In this document: positions 36,163 to 50,147 of the stretch, in pieces
Layout of the letters: every line of letters starts with the position of its first letter
Numbering within the stretch: position 1 is the stretch's first letter
Origin: Chiloscyllium plagiosum
Lineage: Eukaryota
Length of the DNA: 64,000 nucleotides
Direction of reading: 5' to 3'
Assembly: GCF_004010195.1 (NCBI RefSeq)
Contig: NC_057749.1
Coordinates: 7,399,416-7,463,415 of the forward strand
The notes under the pieces: generated by a model
The model's input: the letters and a program-made list of their open reading frames with translations, nothing else
Databases searched by the model: none
What the model was told of the DNA's origin: nothing
Translations under genes and position numbers: made by a program

Positions 36163-37044
36163 ACTATCTTATTTAACTCAAACTGAGTCAGGGTGAGGCG
36201 TGAGGATTAGGAAAAGGGTCACAGGTCAATCTTTGAATGACTCAAGGATAATAATTATGATTGATATCATCCTCCAATATCCATTAAGAATTATTTTGGC
36301 GTTTAGCCTTCTCCTTTATCCTTTCTGGGGTTCCACAGACAACCATCAAAATCTGCCTCCACCTCCCAGCCATACACTTGTAATTCCCTCCATGCACTGT
36401 ACATCTCAATTCCAGATTGGATTTAAAACCTGAAGTGAACAGAACTGTGAAAGGAGCACAACATTCGTCTCAAAGGAAAAGAAGGTTTTTTTAAAAAACA
36501 ATCCTCTGAGAGAAACTGAACCACATCTATTCATTGCTGAGGCCAATGAGGCTAAATTTGTCTACGGCAAATGTTGCATCTCCTGTGCCTTCAAATATGC
36601 AACACTGCGCTTTTTCCTTTCTGTTTAGCTTCGTTTTTGTTTAAGCTCAGGAGAGATCAATGGATTCAATGATATCATTTCTCTGTTTACAAACTAGGTA
36701 AAGTCTCTGAAGATGACAGTGCCCTTAAAATAACTGGTGAAGCACAGTCCCAGAGGTCTGTTCGGAAAGGAAAGTGTCTTTTTAATTAAGGTGCACACCA
36801 TACTAGCATTGGATCCAATTAAAGTCCCCAGGATGTCCACCAATTAAGAATTGGGAATGAAACCCAGGAGGAAGTGTACTAATTGGAATACTTTCTAGAG
36901 AATAAACAGCGAAACTCCAGTGATTATTGTCCACATTTCTTGCAATAATTAACTAGTAGGAATGTGAGCTGAAAATATATACGGAAAACATTTGAAGCCA
37001 TGGTCGTACACATCTTGGAAAGCTGATGATAACAAAGGCAGGGG

Positions 37045-39558
37045 GAGGAGTTCTACAGACCCCCTAATAGCAAAAAGGAGATTAAAGAACTCATAGGCAG
37101 GCAGATTTTGGAAAAATGCAGATGTAGCAGGATTGTTGTTATGGGTGGCTTCAACTTTCCCAATATTGGCTAGAACCTCTTTAGTGCAGATGGTTTGGAT
37201 GGAGCCATTTTTGTTATGTGTGTTCAGGAGGGTTTCCTTACTCAGTATGTGGACAGGCCGACAAGGGGAGAGGCCACTTTGGATTTGGTGCTTGGCAATG
37301 AGCCAGGACAGGTGTCAGATCTTGCGGTGGGAGAACACAGTGACCACAACTGCCTCATATTTACCATAGCCATGAAGAGGGAAAGGAGCAGTTACCATGA
37401 CAAGATATTTAATTGGGGAAAAGGGAATTATGACACTATCAGACAGGAGTTGTGAAGTACAGATTGGGAGCAATTGTTCCACAGAAATGGCACAAAAGAC
37501 ATGTGGAGATTAGTTAAGGAGCAGTTGTTGCGAGTGGTGCATAAATTTGTTCCTCTGAGACAGGCAAGAAGGGGTAAGATTAAGGAGCCTTGGATGACGA
37601 GAACAGAGGAGCTTCTTGTCAAAAGGAAGAAGGCAGCTTACGTAAGGTGGAGGAAGCAAGGATCTTGCACAGCTTTAGAGGATTCCAGGATTACTAGAAA
37701 GGAGCTTAGAAATGGACTGAGGAGAGCCAGGAGGGGGCACGTAAAAGGCTTGGCGGGAAGGATTAGGGAGAACTCAAAGATACTTTACTCATATGTGAGG
37801 AATCAGTGAATGATCAGGGAGAAATTAGGGCCAGTCAGGGATAGCGTAGGGAACTTGTAGGTGGAGTCTGAGCAGGTAGGGGAAGCTCTAAATGAGTTTT
37901 TTGCTTCGGTTTTCACTAAGAAAGAGCACTTGTTGTGAATGAGAACTTTGAGGAGCTAAGAAACAGGTTTGAGCAGATCGAGATTGAGGAAGTTGATGTG
38001 CTGGAAATTTTGGCAAACACTAAGATTGGTAAGTCCCCAGGACCAGACCAGATTTATCCTAGGCTGCTCTGAGAAGCGAGAAAGGAGGTTGCTGAGCCAC
38101 TGACAAAAATCTTTGCTTCCTCACTGTCCACGGGAGGCGTACCGGAAGATTGGAGGGAGGTGAATGTTGTTCCTCTTTTCTATAAGGGTAATAGGGAAAT
38201 CCCTGGCAATTACAGACCAGTCAGTCTTACATCTGTGGTCAGCAAGGTTTTGGAATGAATTCTGAGGGATAGGATTTATGACTATTCGGAAATGCATAGC
38301 GTGATTAAAAGCAGTCAGCATGGCTTTGTGAGAGGCAGGTCACACCTCAGAAATCTTGTTGAGTTCTTTGAGGACGTGACAAAACAGGTTGATGAAGGTC
38401 GGGCAGTGGATGGGGTGTATATGGACTTCAGCAAGACATTTGATAAGGTTCCCCATGGCAGGCTCATTCATAAAGTCAGGAAGTATGGGATACAGGGAGA
38501 TTTGGCTCGCTGAATCCAGAATTGGCTGGCTGACAGAAGGCAGAGAGTGGTTGGAGATGGAAAGTATTCTGCTTGGAAGTCAGTGGTGAGTGGGGTCCCT
38601 CAGGCCTCTGTCCTTGGGCCTCTGCTTCTTGTAGTTTTTATAAATGACTTGGATGAGGAGGTTGAGGGGTGGGTTAGTAAATTTGTTGATGACACAAAGG
38701 TTGGAGGTGCCATTGATGGTATAGAGGGCTTTTGCAGGCTGCAGTGTGACATAGACAGGATGCAGAGCTGAGCTGATAAATGGCAGATGGAGTTCAACCT
38801 GGATAAATGCGAAGTAATGATTTTGGAACTTGAATGCTGAATATAGGATTAACGATAGGGTTCGTGGCAGTGTGGAGGAACTGCAGGATCTTGGTGTTCA
38901 AGTACATAGATCCCTCAAAGTTGCCACCCAAGTGGATAAGGTTATTAAGAAAGCATATGGTGGTTTGGCTTTCATTAACAATGGAATCAAGTTTTAAGAG
39001 CTGCGAGGTTTTGCTGCAGCTCTACAAAACCCTGGTGAGATAACACTTGGAATATTGTGCCCAGTTCTGGACGCTTTATATAGGAAAGATACGGAGGCTT
39101 TGGAGAGGGTGCAAAGAAGGTTTACCAGGATGCTGCCTGGACTGGAGGGCTTGTCTTACCAAGAGAGGTTGACTAAGCTCAGACTTTTCTCTCTGCAGAG
39201 AAGGAGGAAGAGATCGAGGTGCACAAGGTAATGAGAGGCATGAATAGAGTTGACAGCCAGAGACTTTTCCCCAGGGCAGGATTAACTGCCATGAGAGGTC
39301 ATAGTTTTAAGGTGTTGGGGGAAGGTATAGAGGGGACGTCAGAGGTAGGTTCTTTACACAGAGAGTTGTGAATGCATGGAATGCGGTGGCAGGGGAAGCA
39401 GAGTCATTGGGGATATTTAAGTGACTGCTGGACAGGCACATGGACGCAGTTAATGGAAGGGTGCGTCGGTTAAATTATTTTATTTTAGATTAGGATTAAT
39501 CCTCGGCTAACATGGTGGGCCGAAGTGCCTGTTCTGTGCTGTATTTTTCTATGATGTA
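37045..39558 (+). mobile_element. HER1/CR1 LINE, ~2.5 kb, 5' truncated, ORF2 disrupted (APE endonuclease C-part plus RT)
   Basis: FLTQYVDRPTRGEATLDLVLGNE..SDHN; QHGFVRGRSHLRNL..VYMDFSKTFDKVPH; SGVPQASVLGP..SKFVDDTKVGG; several stops and frameshifts. Confidence 0.95.
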
Positions 39559-41254
39559 TGAACAAGGATTCCACCAAGAGACAGCAACATTGAGTCAATT
39601 GGGCTATTTTGTACAAAAAAGACACTCAAACCAGCTGGGACAATGATCATTTCAAAAAAGAAACACAATAAAGCCTCTGCAATTAGATAATGCCTCACAC
39701 CACCTCAGGACAGCTGATAGCCCTTTACTGAAAATTAAGGATATATTTGAATTGTAACCTCTGCCATGACAGAAGACAATAGCTGCCAGTTTGGGTGTAT
39801 AGGGTCCACAAACACCACACAGTGGTAATCATTTTGAGTGCCAGCACTTTTGAAGTGAGTGTTCATTTCGGACAGCGGGGGTTCAACCACATTCCTGTGG
39901 GTCTGGAGGCAACCAGACGCTAGATTGCATAAGGATGGAAGATTTCCCTTCCCATTAGTGAACCTAGATGGGCTTTCTCTCGTGAATGACAATTGACGAT
40001 ACCTGGGCACTAGCGTTTCATTTCAGAATTGTTACTTAACTGAATCTAAATTCCACCCAATTGTCATGATGCAGGTTGAACCCATTCACCACCCACTCCC
40101 CACGCCCAACCTCCGCTCACCCCTGTCTCCCCAGTAATAGTGTGGGCTCCTGAAGCTGAACAAAGGTTAGATGAGAGAGAGATGAATAGGGAAGGATTGT
40201 CAGGCTGGAGGTTATTATATTTTGAGGGGGCAAGATTACTGAAGGGTCTCATAAGACTGAAAGGTTTGATCCATTGGCGGGCCAGCAGTGAATGTAAGTC
40301 AGCGATGACAGAGGGAAGGAGATAAGTGGAATTTAATGTGGGTAAGTGCACAACCTGTTGGTATTGATCTTATTTTCCTTCCTCTCTCTCTCTTTCTCTG
40401 TCATATGTCTTGCAACATATTCATCCCACTATCTCTTTAATTTGGGTTACATTCTCTCTTGTTGCCTTCATTTATGTCCACCTGTCAACCGAGACTTTGA
40501 ATCCCCTCCCAATAAAATCCTCCTTGACATATTACCTTGTAAAGTTGCATGGATCATATGAGGCATTTGATTGACTTTAAGCTTGGGGGTGGGTGCCCAG
40601 TTTAATAGTGAAATCTGCAAAATCAGGAAGAACCTCACATTTGGCAAAAGATTTTAAATGTCCTGCAACCTAATTACTAAATGTTTACAAGTTGTGTTGG
40701 GATGCTACATCTCCATAATTTTTAATGTAGTACTTGCAAGGTCCCATCAACGTTCCCTATTCCACACAGATGGGCGGCAGCCAAGAGATTAATAAGCAAA
40801 AGACAAGTCAGAATACTGAGCAGCGGTTAGAACTGAGTGTTGTTTTTATAAATCACTACTTGGAATAACAAACTAACAGCAACATTTTCAGTAAGAGATA
40901 GCTCACTCAAGCTGAATTTTGGATTTCCATTGCAGTGTAGAGGCTGTGTAGGGTTGTGGAGGAATCCACAGTTATGAATTCTAAATAGCTTTCAGAGAGA
41001 AGGAATATTAAGGAAAAACAGAGACAAGGTTGATTTGACACCATTCATTTGATTCCTCTGACATTTCAACTACCCTTCTGTTACTGGCCAAAAAACCCAG
41101 GGGCTCGAGATGAATGATCTGGAGATGTGAGTTGTAATTGCAGCACAGGTATCAGGGAAATTAAGCTCATGTTTACCAAAAACAATCTGGAATCAAAGAA
41201 AGCTAGTCTCAGCAACGCTAATCGCAAACTGATCAATGATGGAAAAACACAATT

Positions 41255-41568
41255 CCTAGAATCTTTACAATGTGGAAGCAGGCCATTCGGCTCATCGAGT
41301 CCACACGGACCCGCCAAAGAGCATTCCACCCAGACCCACCCCTGCAGATCCCATGGCAAATCTACCTAGCCTACATATCCCTGGACACAACTGGCAACTT
41401 AGCATGGCCAATCCACACTAGCTTGCGCATCTTTTTGGCAGGAATCTGCTGCACCCAGACAGACACGAGGGGAACATACAAACTCCACACAGACAGTCTT
41501 CCAATGGTGGAATTGAACTCAAGTCTCTGGTGCTGTGAGGCAACAGTGCTAACCGCCACACTGCCCTG
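41255..41568 (-). mobile_element. HE1-type V-SINE nested in a diverged family B-like SINE (~41070-41800)
   Basis: Reverse complement of HE1 consensus; flanks match family B. Confidence 0.82.
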
Positions 41569-41864
41569 GTTGACTTTGGTCAATTGGTTGTTTTGACATT
41601 ATGGAAGGAAACTGCCCTGAAGTCGAGTCAACATGATACTCCAGACAGTCAGCAATGTTGTTCAGCAAGTCGCACTGTTCCATTCACAACAACAGCTCAA
41701 TGCCACCTATTCAAGGGGCCAACTAGAAATGGACAATAAATGTCAGCCTTGCCCACAATGCCTTGCCCAAAATGCCAATATCCTGCAAAGAAATAAACAC
41801 AATTCTGTCACTGGATCAAAGTCCTGAAGTCACCCCATGGAAAAAGGGTTTCAAAGGTTACAGG

Positions 41865-43460
41865 GGTCATAGGGTCATAGAGTCATAGAGATGTACAGCA
41901 CAGAAACAGACCCTTCAGTCCAACTCGTCCATGCCAACCAAATATCCCAACCCAATCTAGTCCCACCTGCCAGCACCAGGCCCATATCCCTCCAAACCCT
42001 TCCTATTCATATACCCATCCAGACGCCTTTTAAATATTGCAATTGTACCAGCCTCCACCACTTCCTCTGGCAGCTGATTCCATATACATACCACCCTCTG
42101 CGTGAAAAGGTTGCCCCTTAGGTCTCTTTTACATCTTTCCCTTCTCACCCTAAACCTATACCCTCTAGTTCTGAACTCCGACACCCTAGGGAAGAGACTT
42201 TGTCGATTCATCCTATCCATGCCCCTCATAATTTTATAAACCTCAATAAGGTCACCCCTCAGCCTCCAACACTCCAGGGAAAATAGCCCCAGCCTATTCA
42301 ACCTCTCCCTATAGCTGAAATCCTCCAAACCTTGCAACATCCTTGTAAGTATGTTCTGAACCCTTTCAGGTTTCACAATGTCCTTCAGATAGGAAGGAGA
42401 CCAGAATTGCATGCAGTATCCCAAAAGTCGCCTAACCAATGTCCTGTACACCTGCAACATGACCTCCCAACTCCAATACTCAATACTCTGATCAATAAAG
42501 ATAAGCAAACCAAACACCTTCTTCACTATCCTACCTACCTGCGACTCCACTTTCAAAGAGCTATGAATCTGCACTCCAAGGTCTCTTTGTTCAGCAACAC
42601 TCCCTAGGACCTTACCAGTAAGTATATAAGTCTTGCTAAGACTTGCTTTCCCAAAATGCAGCATCTCGTATTTACCTAAATTAAACTCCATTTGCCACTC
42701 CTCAGCCCATTGGCCCATCTGATCAAGCTCCTGTTGTAATCTGAGGTAACCCTCTTCGCTGTCCACTACATCTCCAATTTTGGTATCATCAGCAAACTTA
42801 CTAACTTTACCACTTATGCTCAAATCAAATCATTTATATAAATGATGAAAAGTAGTGGACTCAGCACCGATCCTTGTGGCACTCCACTGGTCACAGGCCT
42901 CCAGTCTGAAAAACAACCCTCCACCACCACCCTCTGTCTTCTACCTTTGAGCCAGTCCTGTATCCAAATGGCTAGTTCTCCCTGTATTCCATGAGGTGTA
43001 ACCTTGCTAACCCATGGGGAACCTTGTCAAACGACTTACTGAAGTCCATATAGATCACATCTACCGCTGTGCCCTCATCAATGCTCTTTTTAACTTCTTC
43101 AAAAAAACTCAATCATGTTTGTGAAACACAATTTCCCACACACAAAGCCATGCTGACTATCCCTAATCAGTCCTTGCCTTTCCAAATACTTATACATCCT
43201 GTCCCTCAGGATTCCCTCCAATAACTTGCCCACCACCGAGGTCTGGCTCACTGGTCTATAGTTCCCTGGCTTGTCCTTACCACCCTTCTTAAACAGTGGC
43301 ACCACGTTAGCCAACCTCCAGTCTTCTGGCAACTCACCTGTGGCTATTGATGATACAAATATCTCAGCAAGGGGTCCTGCAATCACTTCCCCAGCTTCCC
43401 ACAAACTTCCAGGGTACACCTGATCATGTCCTAGGGATTTATCCACTTTTATGTGTTTCA
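41865..43460 (-). mobile_element. HER1/CR1 LINE, ~1.6 kb RT-containing 3' fragment
   Basis: ORFs 43099-43533 (PEDWRLANVVPLFKKG..PGNYRPVS..QHGF) and 41957-42823 (SKFADDTKIG...); (ctctatga)n tail at 41865-41890. Confidence 0.95.
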
Positions 43461-43662
43461 GGTCAGGCAGGGAAGTGGAATTGAGCTCACATTCAGATTG
43501 TTTTGACCTTATTGACTGGTGGAGCATTTTCAATGGACAGATGGCCTACTCCTGCTCCTCCTTCCTACCATCTCATGGTACCATTCATAGGAAGGACCAT
43601 GAGCTCAGAGGTTCAATCCACTCACACCTTTGCAGGGCATCTATGTTAGGCAATCTAGTGAT

Positions 43663-43889
43663 TGTAATGAGATCAGCCGGGTGAACCTCACAGAATATGA
43701 ATTCCCAGATTGGAGCTGTTAACCTGGTCCATTCAGGGAGCCTTGGCCGACCGATACAAACAGGAATGTCAGAGGTTCTCCTCACTCTCAGAGCTTGCTC
43801 GGAAGAAGCTGGATTAGTCTCAAGTACAATGCACGTGTAAATAAAGGGTGACTTGGTGACAAGGTACTGGCCTCTGTGGAAGTTTCTCA
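43663..43889 (+). mobile_element. Short solo LTR-like element (~227 bp)
   Basis: tgtaatg...aataaagggtgacttggtgac...tttctca; homologous to 62411-62606 (minus). Confidence 0.65.
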
Positions 43890-44424
43890 GCCCTGTTATT
43901 TTTTCCAGATAACACCTTTATGTTTAAAATTACATCTTACACTTTGACACTGGCATGAGTGAAAACTGCTTTGTCAAAGAGCTGTTTTAATATTTTATTT
44001 TATTGGATATCCTTTAGCACCATTCTCAACTGTTAATGTTCAAGATTTGTCTTAGATAGCTTTTAGTAATAAATACCTTTTTTTTGTTTAACTACATCAT
44101 CTCAACACCCTGAAGTCTCAGCTATAGCAACTGCTCCCCACAATGAAAGATACAATCTTTGGAACAGTTTAGTAGCAAAACTTATTCTCCAGCAGATAAT
44201 AATGTTCTGATGCATTATTGAATTATTTGTTTATGGCAACATAAATATCATTGCTTTTCAAAGGTCCCTTTGAGATGGGTGTTCTGATTTTAATGCTTAA
44301 TGCAATGAGACTGGATAACTAATTGCTTATAATTAATTCCCTGAAAGGTGCATTTTAAAATTGAGATTAAAATATTCAATTAAAAAAAAAGATTTCCAAA
44401 ACCGAATGAACTGTTCAAGGAGAC

Positions 44425-45000
44425 AGAATCACAGAACTGTTATGATGCAAAAGGAGGCCATTCAGCCCATTGTAGACAAGCAGGAGGCTAGAAGAACACA
44501 GCAAGCCAAGCAACATCTGGAGGTGGAGAAGTCGATGTTTCGGCCCACTGTGCCAGTTTTGTTAACTGGTGCCAATCTCCTGCCATTTCCTCATTTCCTT
44601 ACCAACCGTTTCTAATCAAATAAACACCCAACATCCTCTTAAATGCCTCAAGTGAACCTGCCTCCACCACATTTGCAGGCAGTGCATTCCACACCTGCTG
44701 AGGTTCATCGCATTTCTCGTCACATCAACCTTGCTTGTTTTGCCTGTCACTTTAAGTCTACGTCTCTCATTCTTAGAAGAGTCATCGAGACTCTAAACGT
44801 TAGCTTGCTCTCTCTTCACAGATCCTGCCTAACCTGCTGTGATTTTGAACATTTTTTTTTGTTTTCAGTATAGATCCCAGCATCTGCAGTAATTTGTTCT
44901 TTCAATCATATTCCTTTTATGACTGGGAATAGCTTCTTCCTATCTAATGTACCCAGCACACTCATAATTTTGAAAACCTCTATGAAATCTTCTCTCCAGG
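44425..45000 (-). mobile_element. Old CR1 3' fragment carrying two Penelope-like inserts (44474-44538, ~44775-44900)
   Basis: ggaggccattcagccc CR1 tail; first insert flanked by ttc(a/g)gccca(t/c)tgt. Confidence 0.7.
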
Positions 45001-45006
45001 GAGTAC

Positions 45007-45610
45007 TTTTTATTCATTCACAGGATGTGGGCATCACTGGCCTGGCCAGCATTTATTGTCCATCCCTAATTCGTTAAGAGAGCAGCTAAGACCCACCACA
45101 CATTACTGGTGGGTCTGGAGTTACATGTAGGAGAAGGTGAGGACTGCGGATGCTGGAGTACCAGAGTTGAAAAATGTGGTGCTGGAAAAACACAGCAGGC
45201 CAGGCCAGGCCGAGGAGAATCGACATTTCGGGGCATAAGCCCAAAGATGGAGTTACATGTAAGCCAGATTAGGTAAGGAGGACATTTCCTTCCCTAAAGG
45301 ACATTAGTGAACCAGAGGGCTATTTCCTGACAACCAATGATGGATTCATGGTTATCGTTGGACTCCTCATTCCAAGCTTCCACCGTTTGCCGTGGGACAA
45401 TTCAAACTTTAGGTCCCCATTTGCCTGCCTGCCTCAAGGCTGCAATAAATGGTGGTGGAAGTGGTAAGTTTTGTCATCCCAAGGACTGGTAGTAATTGGA
45501 AAGTGCGTGATCCCCAAAAACAGCCTGAGGCCAGAATCACGGCAGGGCAAGGCATGTTGAAGCTGTCTCTGGTTTAACTGTCGAGCAATAATACCACTAG
45601 GCCACCCTCT
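45007..45610 (-). mobile_element. SINE family B with a PLE insert (45130-45247) and an inverted local-DNA insert (45423-45563)
   Basis: PLE flanked by perfect 14-bp tggagttacatgta (45116-45129, 45248-45261); SINE head resumes gtctctgg...ataataccactaggcca. Confidence 0.85.
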
Positions 45611-46284
45611 CCTCAAGTCTCTAGACTCAGCACCTTCTGACTGCAAAGAGGAAACCTGTCATGTTTTCTTTCTATAAAAAATTGATTGGATTTAGCATGG
45701 AAATGAAAGGCAGTATGGCCTCATTCTGCGATGTAATGACTAGATTATCAGAGAGTTCCTAGGGTGGAAAAAGGCCATTCAGCTCACACCAACTTTCCAG
45801 ACAGCATCCTACCCAAAGCTTTGTCCTCTATTGTATCCCAGTAGCTCCCATGGTCAATCCACCTAACCTGCACATCTTTGGACTGTTAGAGGAAACCAGG
45901 ACACCCGGAGGAAACTCACGCAGACAGAGAGAGAATGTGCAAACTCCACACAGATAGTCACCCAAGGCTGTAATTGAACCTGGGTCCCTGGCACTGTGAG
46001 GCAGCAGTGCTAACCACTGAGGCTTGTGACTTATTGTAATGACTTATTATCTTGCTTCATCAAAACTGATGGGCAAACAAAAAACTTTAAAAGGCATATT
46101 TTTCACAATGTGTGAACCAGCTGAAGTTTGGACCGATACTTTGGCTTCTACTCGCCTTGCTCTGCTGTGTTTCTGGCTTCAGGCTGTTTTTGGGGATCAT
46201 GCACTTTCCAATTACTACCAGTCCTTGGGACGACAAAACTTACCACTTCCACCACCATTTATTGCAGCCTTAAGGCAGGCAGGC
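45423..46284. repeat. Dispersed inverted repeat: 141-bp arms at 45423-45563 and 46144-46284
   Basis: About 10 mismatches in 141 nt by manual alignment. Confidence 0.95.
45750..46020 (-). mobile_element. HE1-type V-SINE
   Basis: Reverse complement of HE1 consensus. Confidence 0.88.
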
Positions 46285-46855
46285 GTCTGTTGGACACTCT
46301 GTCTAATTACTATCAATCGCAGAGCTCAGATTGTGTGTCAAACGACAAAACTGCCTTGGAGTCACTGAGAGTCATCTCTACCCATGCACACGCCAAAAGC
46401 TTGGGAAACAAATCTTCTCTCTGTTGAAACAGAACGCTTCTGTTGCCTTAGTGAGAGGTCACATTATGTGCAGCCTGAAGTAATATTGGATTTTCATTAG
46501 TAGGTTACTGAAAGAAGAGTAAGGGTGACTGGAGAACTAACTTTTCTCTCAAAGGTCACAATGGGTGCTGGACTCTCATACAAGTGAGGTTTAGAGTATG
46601 TTTGCACAATCCTTAAGGCAGCCTTGATGGGGAGACAGACTGAAGAATTGTTGTGACAACTTTTTTTTTCCAGTTCGTGTCAAGTTGTGGAATTGGCCAA
46701 AAGAAAATAGAAAATAAATTGGGTTTGCACCTTACAGTTATTTGCTTCTGTTAATGCAGGTGCCAGTGAGATGATAGCCTTCGGGAGCTAATCAATCATA
46801 TTACTGCATGATATTCCAGGACGTCACCCAACCAGTGGATATTATTTTCTGAGCA

Positions 46856-47050
46856 ACAAAGACAGAGATTGCTGGAGAAACTCAACAGGTCTGGGCACCA
46901 TCTGCAGCGAGAGAATCAGAGTTAATGTTTCATCAGAACTGAGTCATACCAAACTCAAAATGTTTCTCTGTCCATAGATGCTGCCAGACCTGCTGAGTTT
47001 CACCAGTATTCTCCATGTTTGTTTCAGACTTCCATCAATCATGGTACTTT
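46856..47050. mobile_element. Penelope-like fold-back element (family B)
   Basis: gctggagaaactcaacaggtctgg... / ...gatgctgccagacctgctgagtttcaccag. Confidence 0.8.
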
Positions 47051-47102
47051 GCCATAATCTTCCAAGTGGGGTGTTTCCAAGAAGGAAACTTGGAATGGGA
47101 GG

Positions 47103-47598
47103 GTGGTGGCACAGTGGCTCAGTGGTTAGCACTACTGCCTCACAGTGCCAGGGACCTGAGTTCAATCCCAGCCTTGGGTGACTGTCTGTGTGGAGTTTTC
47201 ACATTCTCCCTGTGTCTGTGTGGGTTTCCTCTGGGTGCTCCGATTTCCTCCTACAGTCCAAAGATGTGCAGGTCAGGTGAATTGGCAATTCTAAATTGCC
47301 CATAGTGTTTGGTGCATTAGTTAGAGGGAAATGGATCTGGATGGGTTACTCTTCAGAGGGTCAGTGTGGACTTGTTGGGCTGAAGGGCCTGTTTCCACAC
47401 TGTAGGGAATCTAACCTAGGTGAATTGGCCATGTTAAATTGCCCATAGTGTTCAGAGATGTGTCGATTAGGTGCATTGGACAGGGGAACTGGAAAGTCAT
47501 AGGATAGGGGAATGGATCTGGTTTACTCTTCAGAGGGTCAGTGTGGACTTGCTGGGCCAAAATGGCCTGTTTCCACACTGTAAGGCTTCTATGATTCT
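47103..47598 (+). mobile_element. HE1-type V-SINE with duplicated 3' half
   Basis: aggtgaattggc...cctgtttccacactgta occurs twice (~47275-47413 and ~47418-47598). Confidence 0.9.
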
Positions 47599-48984
47599 AA
47601 CTCCTAGTGTTGTAAAAAAACAGTGGAATTATTGGAGCTATTTACAAAGTCGTGAGGTGCTAATTCAATGGCTCACTGCAGGATCCAGCCTTTGCACCAA
47701 ACACATTTCATGAACTGCGTACAAGAGCGGCTGGAGGGCTCTTGTCTCAGAGTGGTAGTGCTCTTCCCTCTGAGCCAGGAGACCTGAGTTCAAGTCCCAT
47801 CTGTTCCAGAGGTATGAAGTAATATTTCTGAATAGGTTAAGTAAAAATATCTGTAAGAGCAGCTGTCACAGAGCTCATTAGGAAACAGCCCAGTTTTATG
47901 AGCTTGGTGATGTTATATACTTGATAAGCGATGTCACCTAACAATGGCAATAGTTGACAGAGATCTACAAAGGAAGGGCAGACAGGTGTAAAGTACTGGG
48001 CGATGCCATTAGTACATTCACTTCCGAAATGAAAGAATCGAGGTCTAATTATTCCACAATACCTGTCGACAGCTTATTTGTGACTGCAGGTTGAAAATCA
48101 TGGCAGCCTAAATGGAGATAGTAGGCCATTTGCCAGTCAGATGATTAGTGAAAAGAATATGTTTCTTTCAATTCACTGCCCCAGGCACAGAGTGTGAAAT
48201 GCAAAATCGAGACGCTTTCCTTCACACAGTGTTAGCACTCTGACTCTGAATCAGAATGCCCTGAGTTCAAATCTCAGTCCAAAGACCTGAGCATACGTTT
48301 GAGGTTGATACTGTCCTGAGCACTACGGTGAGTAGTACACTGTTGGACATGCCTTCTTCTGGATGTTGGAAGCACGCCCTCCCCCCATCAATTCTTAGGG
48401 CAATACTTTGAAATTAGAACTGTGTGGTTTAAAGCTGGTGTGAGGAAGTAATTCCACTTTGTATACACAAACTGAAAATGCTGGGAAATCTCAGCAGGTC
48501 TGGCAGCATCTGTGGAGAAAGAGAGATATCAGAGTTAATGCTTCAGGTCCTGTGCCCCTTCATCAGAAGGCACCCCCCTCCCCCCCCCCACCCCCAACTC
48601 TTTGTGTCAGGAGCTCTCTTTCTTGAAAAATGACAGAGGCTGAGGGTCAAGTGAAAACCTTTTTACACCTGAGATGAATAGATTTCTCAAAAGGCAAGGG
48701 GTGTAAGGGGTATGCTGTAAAAGGTGGCTGGTTGGTTTCAAGTTACAAATTAGCTACAAGCTAAGTGAATGGAGGAATATGCCTGAGAGGATGGCTGTCT
48801 TGTGGCACAGTGGTAGTATCCCTACCCCTAGACTTGGTTTCAAGTCCCAGCTGCTCCGGAAGTGTGTCATAACATCGCTGAATAAATTGAAAGAAAAGAT
48901 AAGTCTGAGAAGCTGATTAGTCTTCTCATATAATCCCAAGCACACTTCGCAAATTGCTTTCGGTTTAGATGTCACATTGAACTA

Positions 48985-49325
48985 TAAAGCACGGAAACAG
49001 ACCCTTTGGTCCAACTCGTCCATGCCAACCAGATAGCCTAAATTAATCTAGTCCCATTTGACAGCATTTGGCCCGTATCCCTCAAAACCCTTCCTAGTCA
49101 TATACCCATCCAGGTGCCTCTTAAATGTTGTAATTGTACCAGCCTCCACCACTTCCTCTGGCAGCTCATTCCATACACACACCAACCTCTACACCCTTTT
49201 AATTCTTTCCATTCTCACTTTAAAATTATGCCCTCTACTTTTGGACTATCTCACCCTGGGGGAAAAGACCTTGGCTATTTAGCCTATCCATGCCCCTTAT
49301 GATCTTATAAACCTCAGTAAGGTCG
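48985..49325 (-). mobile_element. HER1/CR1 3' fragment
   Basis: Same 3' sequence as other HER1 copies. Confidence 0.88.
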
Positions 49326-50147
49326 CATCCTCTCAGATTATTGAGTCTACAACACCAGCACTGTGGGGGAAACCATTGCTGTTACCATGGGAACACAAAA
49401 TAAAGAACTCCATCTCTCTCCAGTAAATCAGAATGGAGGTGAACAGTGCCTTAAATTAAACCAGAATCAATTCCAAATGTTCACAATTTTGTGAAATAAA
49501 ATGTTGGCGATTTGGCTCATCAGGTTGTGGGCCTTTGTTGAGGAGCACAGAATGTTGGGAGTAGGTGCAACTGAGCTGGGAAACACCTCTGACAGGTATT
49601 TGTCCCAGGAGGAGGAGATGGCCTGAGGAGATTTTCTTTCCTTTGGCTGGTGGAGGTCTGAATGGAAGAGAGAAGCTTAGAATTGCAGCTTCAGTATACC
49701 TCAATATTTTTACTTTGAGGTATTTAAAATGGCTGCCCCCATTGACAATATTCCAGGGAGGAAACAGGGGTCTCACTCACTGCCTGGTGGGGTGGCGAGG
49801 GGCTAGCCGCACATGTTTTTGGGAAGGTCCAATTCCATATGTACACCTCAGGCACTTCACTGGACAACTGGTGTGTGTGGAGGAAGGGGTTGTCTTCTTC
49901 AGGATCAGAGACCAGAAAGACAGGAAATCCTATTTCTCCAGAACTGCCTGTACCATCGACAACTGGTCATCACTCCACAGACCAATCAGCTCTTTGCTGC
50001 CAGCAAACTCTCTTTTGGAAAAAATGTACAGCAATCCCTTCCACAATCCTTGGCTTTACTAACAGTCCTTCTCCCATTTCAGTCCATACAGAAAAATAAA
50101 TCACTATGGTTTTAAAACTGCTGATAGTAGTTTGCAACAATCAATGC

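Noticed and set aside
41957..42823. 288-aa ORF, the longest in the window
   Set aside because: It is the C-terminal part of CR1 ORF2 in a 5'-truncated, frameshifted copy; not a host gene or an autonomous element.
48571..48596. C-rich run (G-quadruplex potential on minus strand)
   Set aside because: Simple low-complexity tract at a PLE junction; no supporting context.
49565..50115. 165-aa ORF with overlapping open frames
   Set aside because: No recognisable domain, no convincing splice-site pair, and composition not protein-like; treated as chance.
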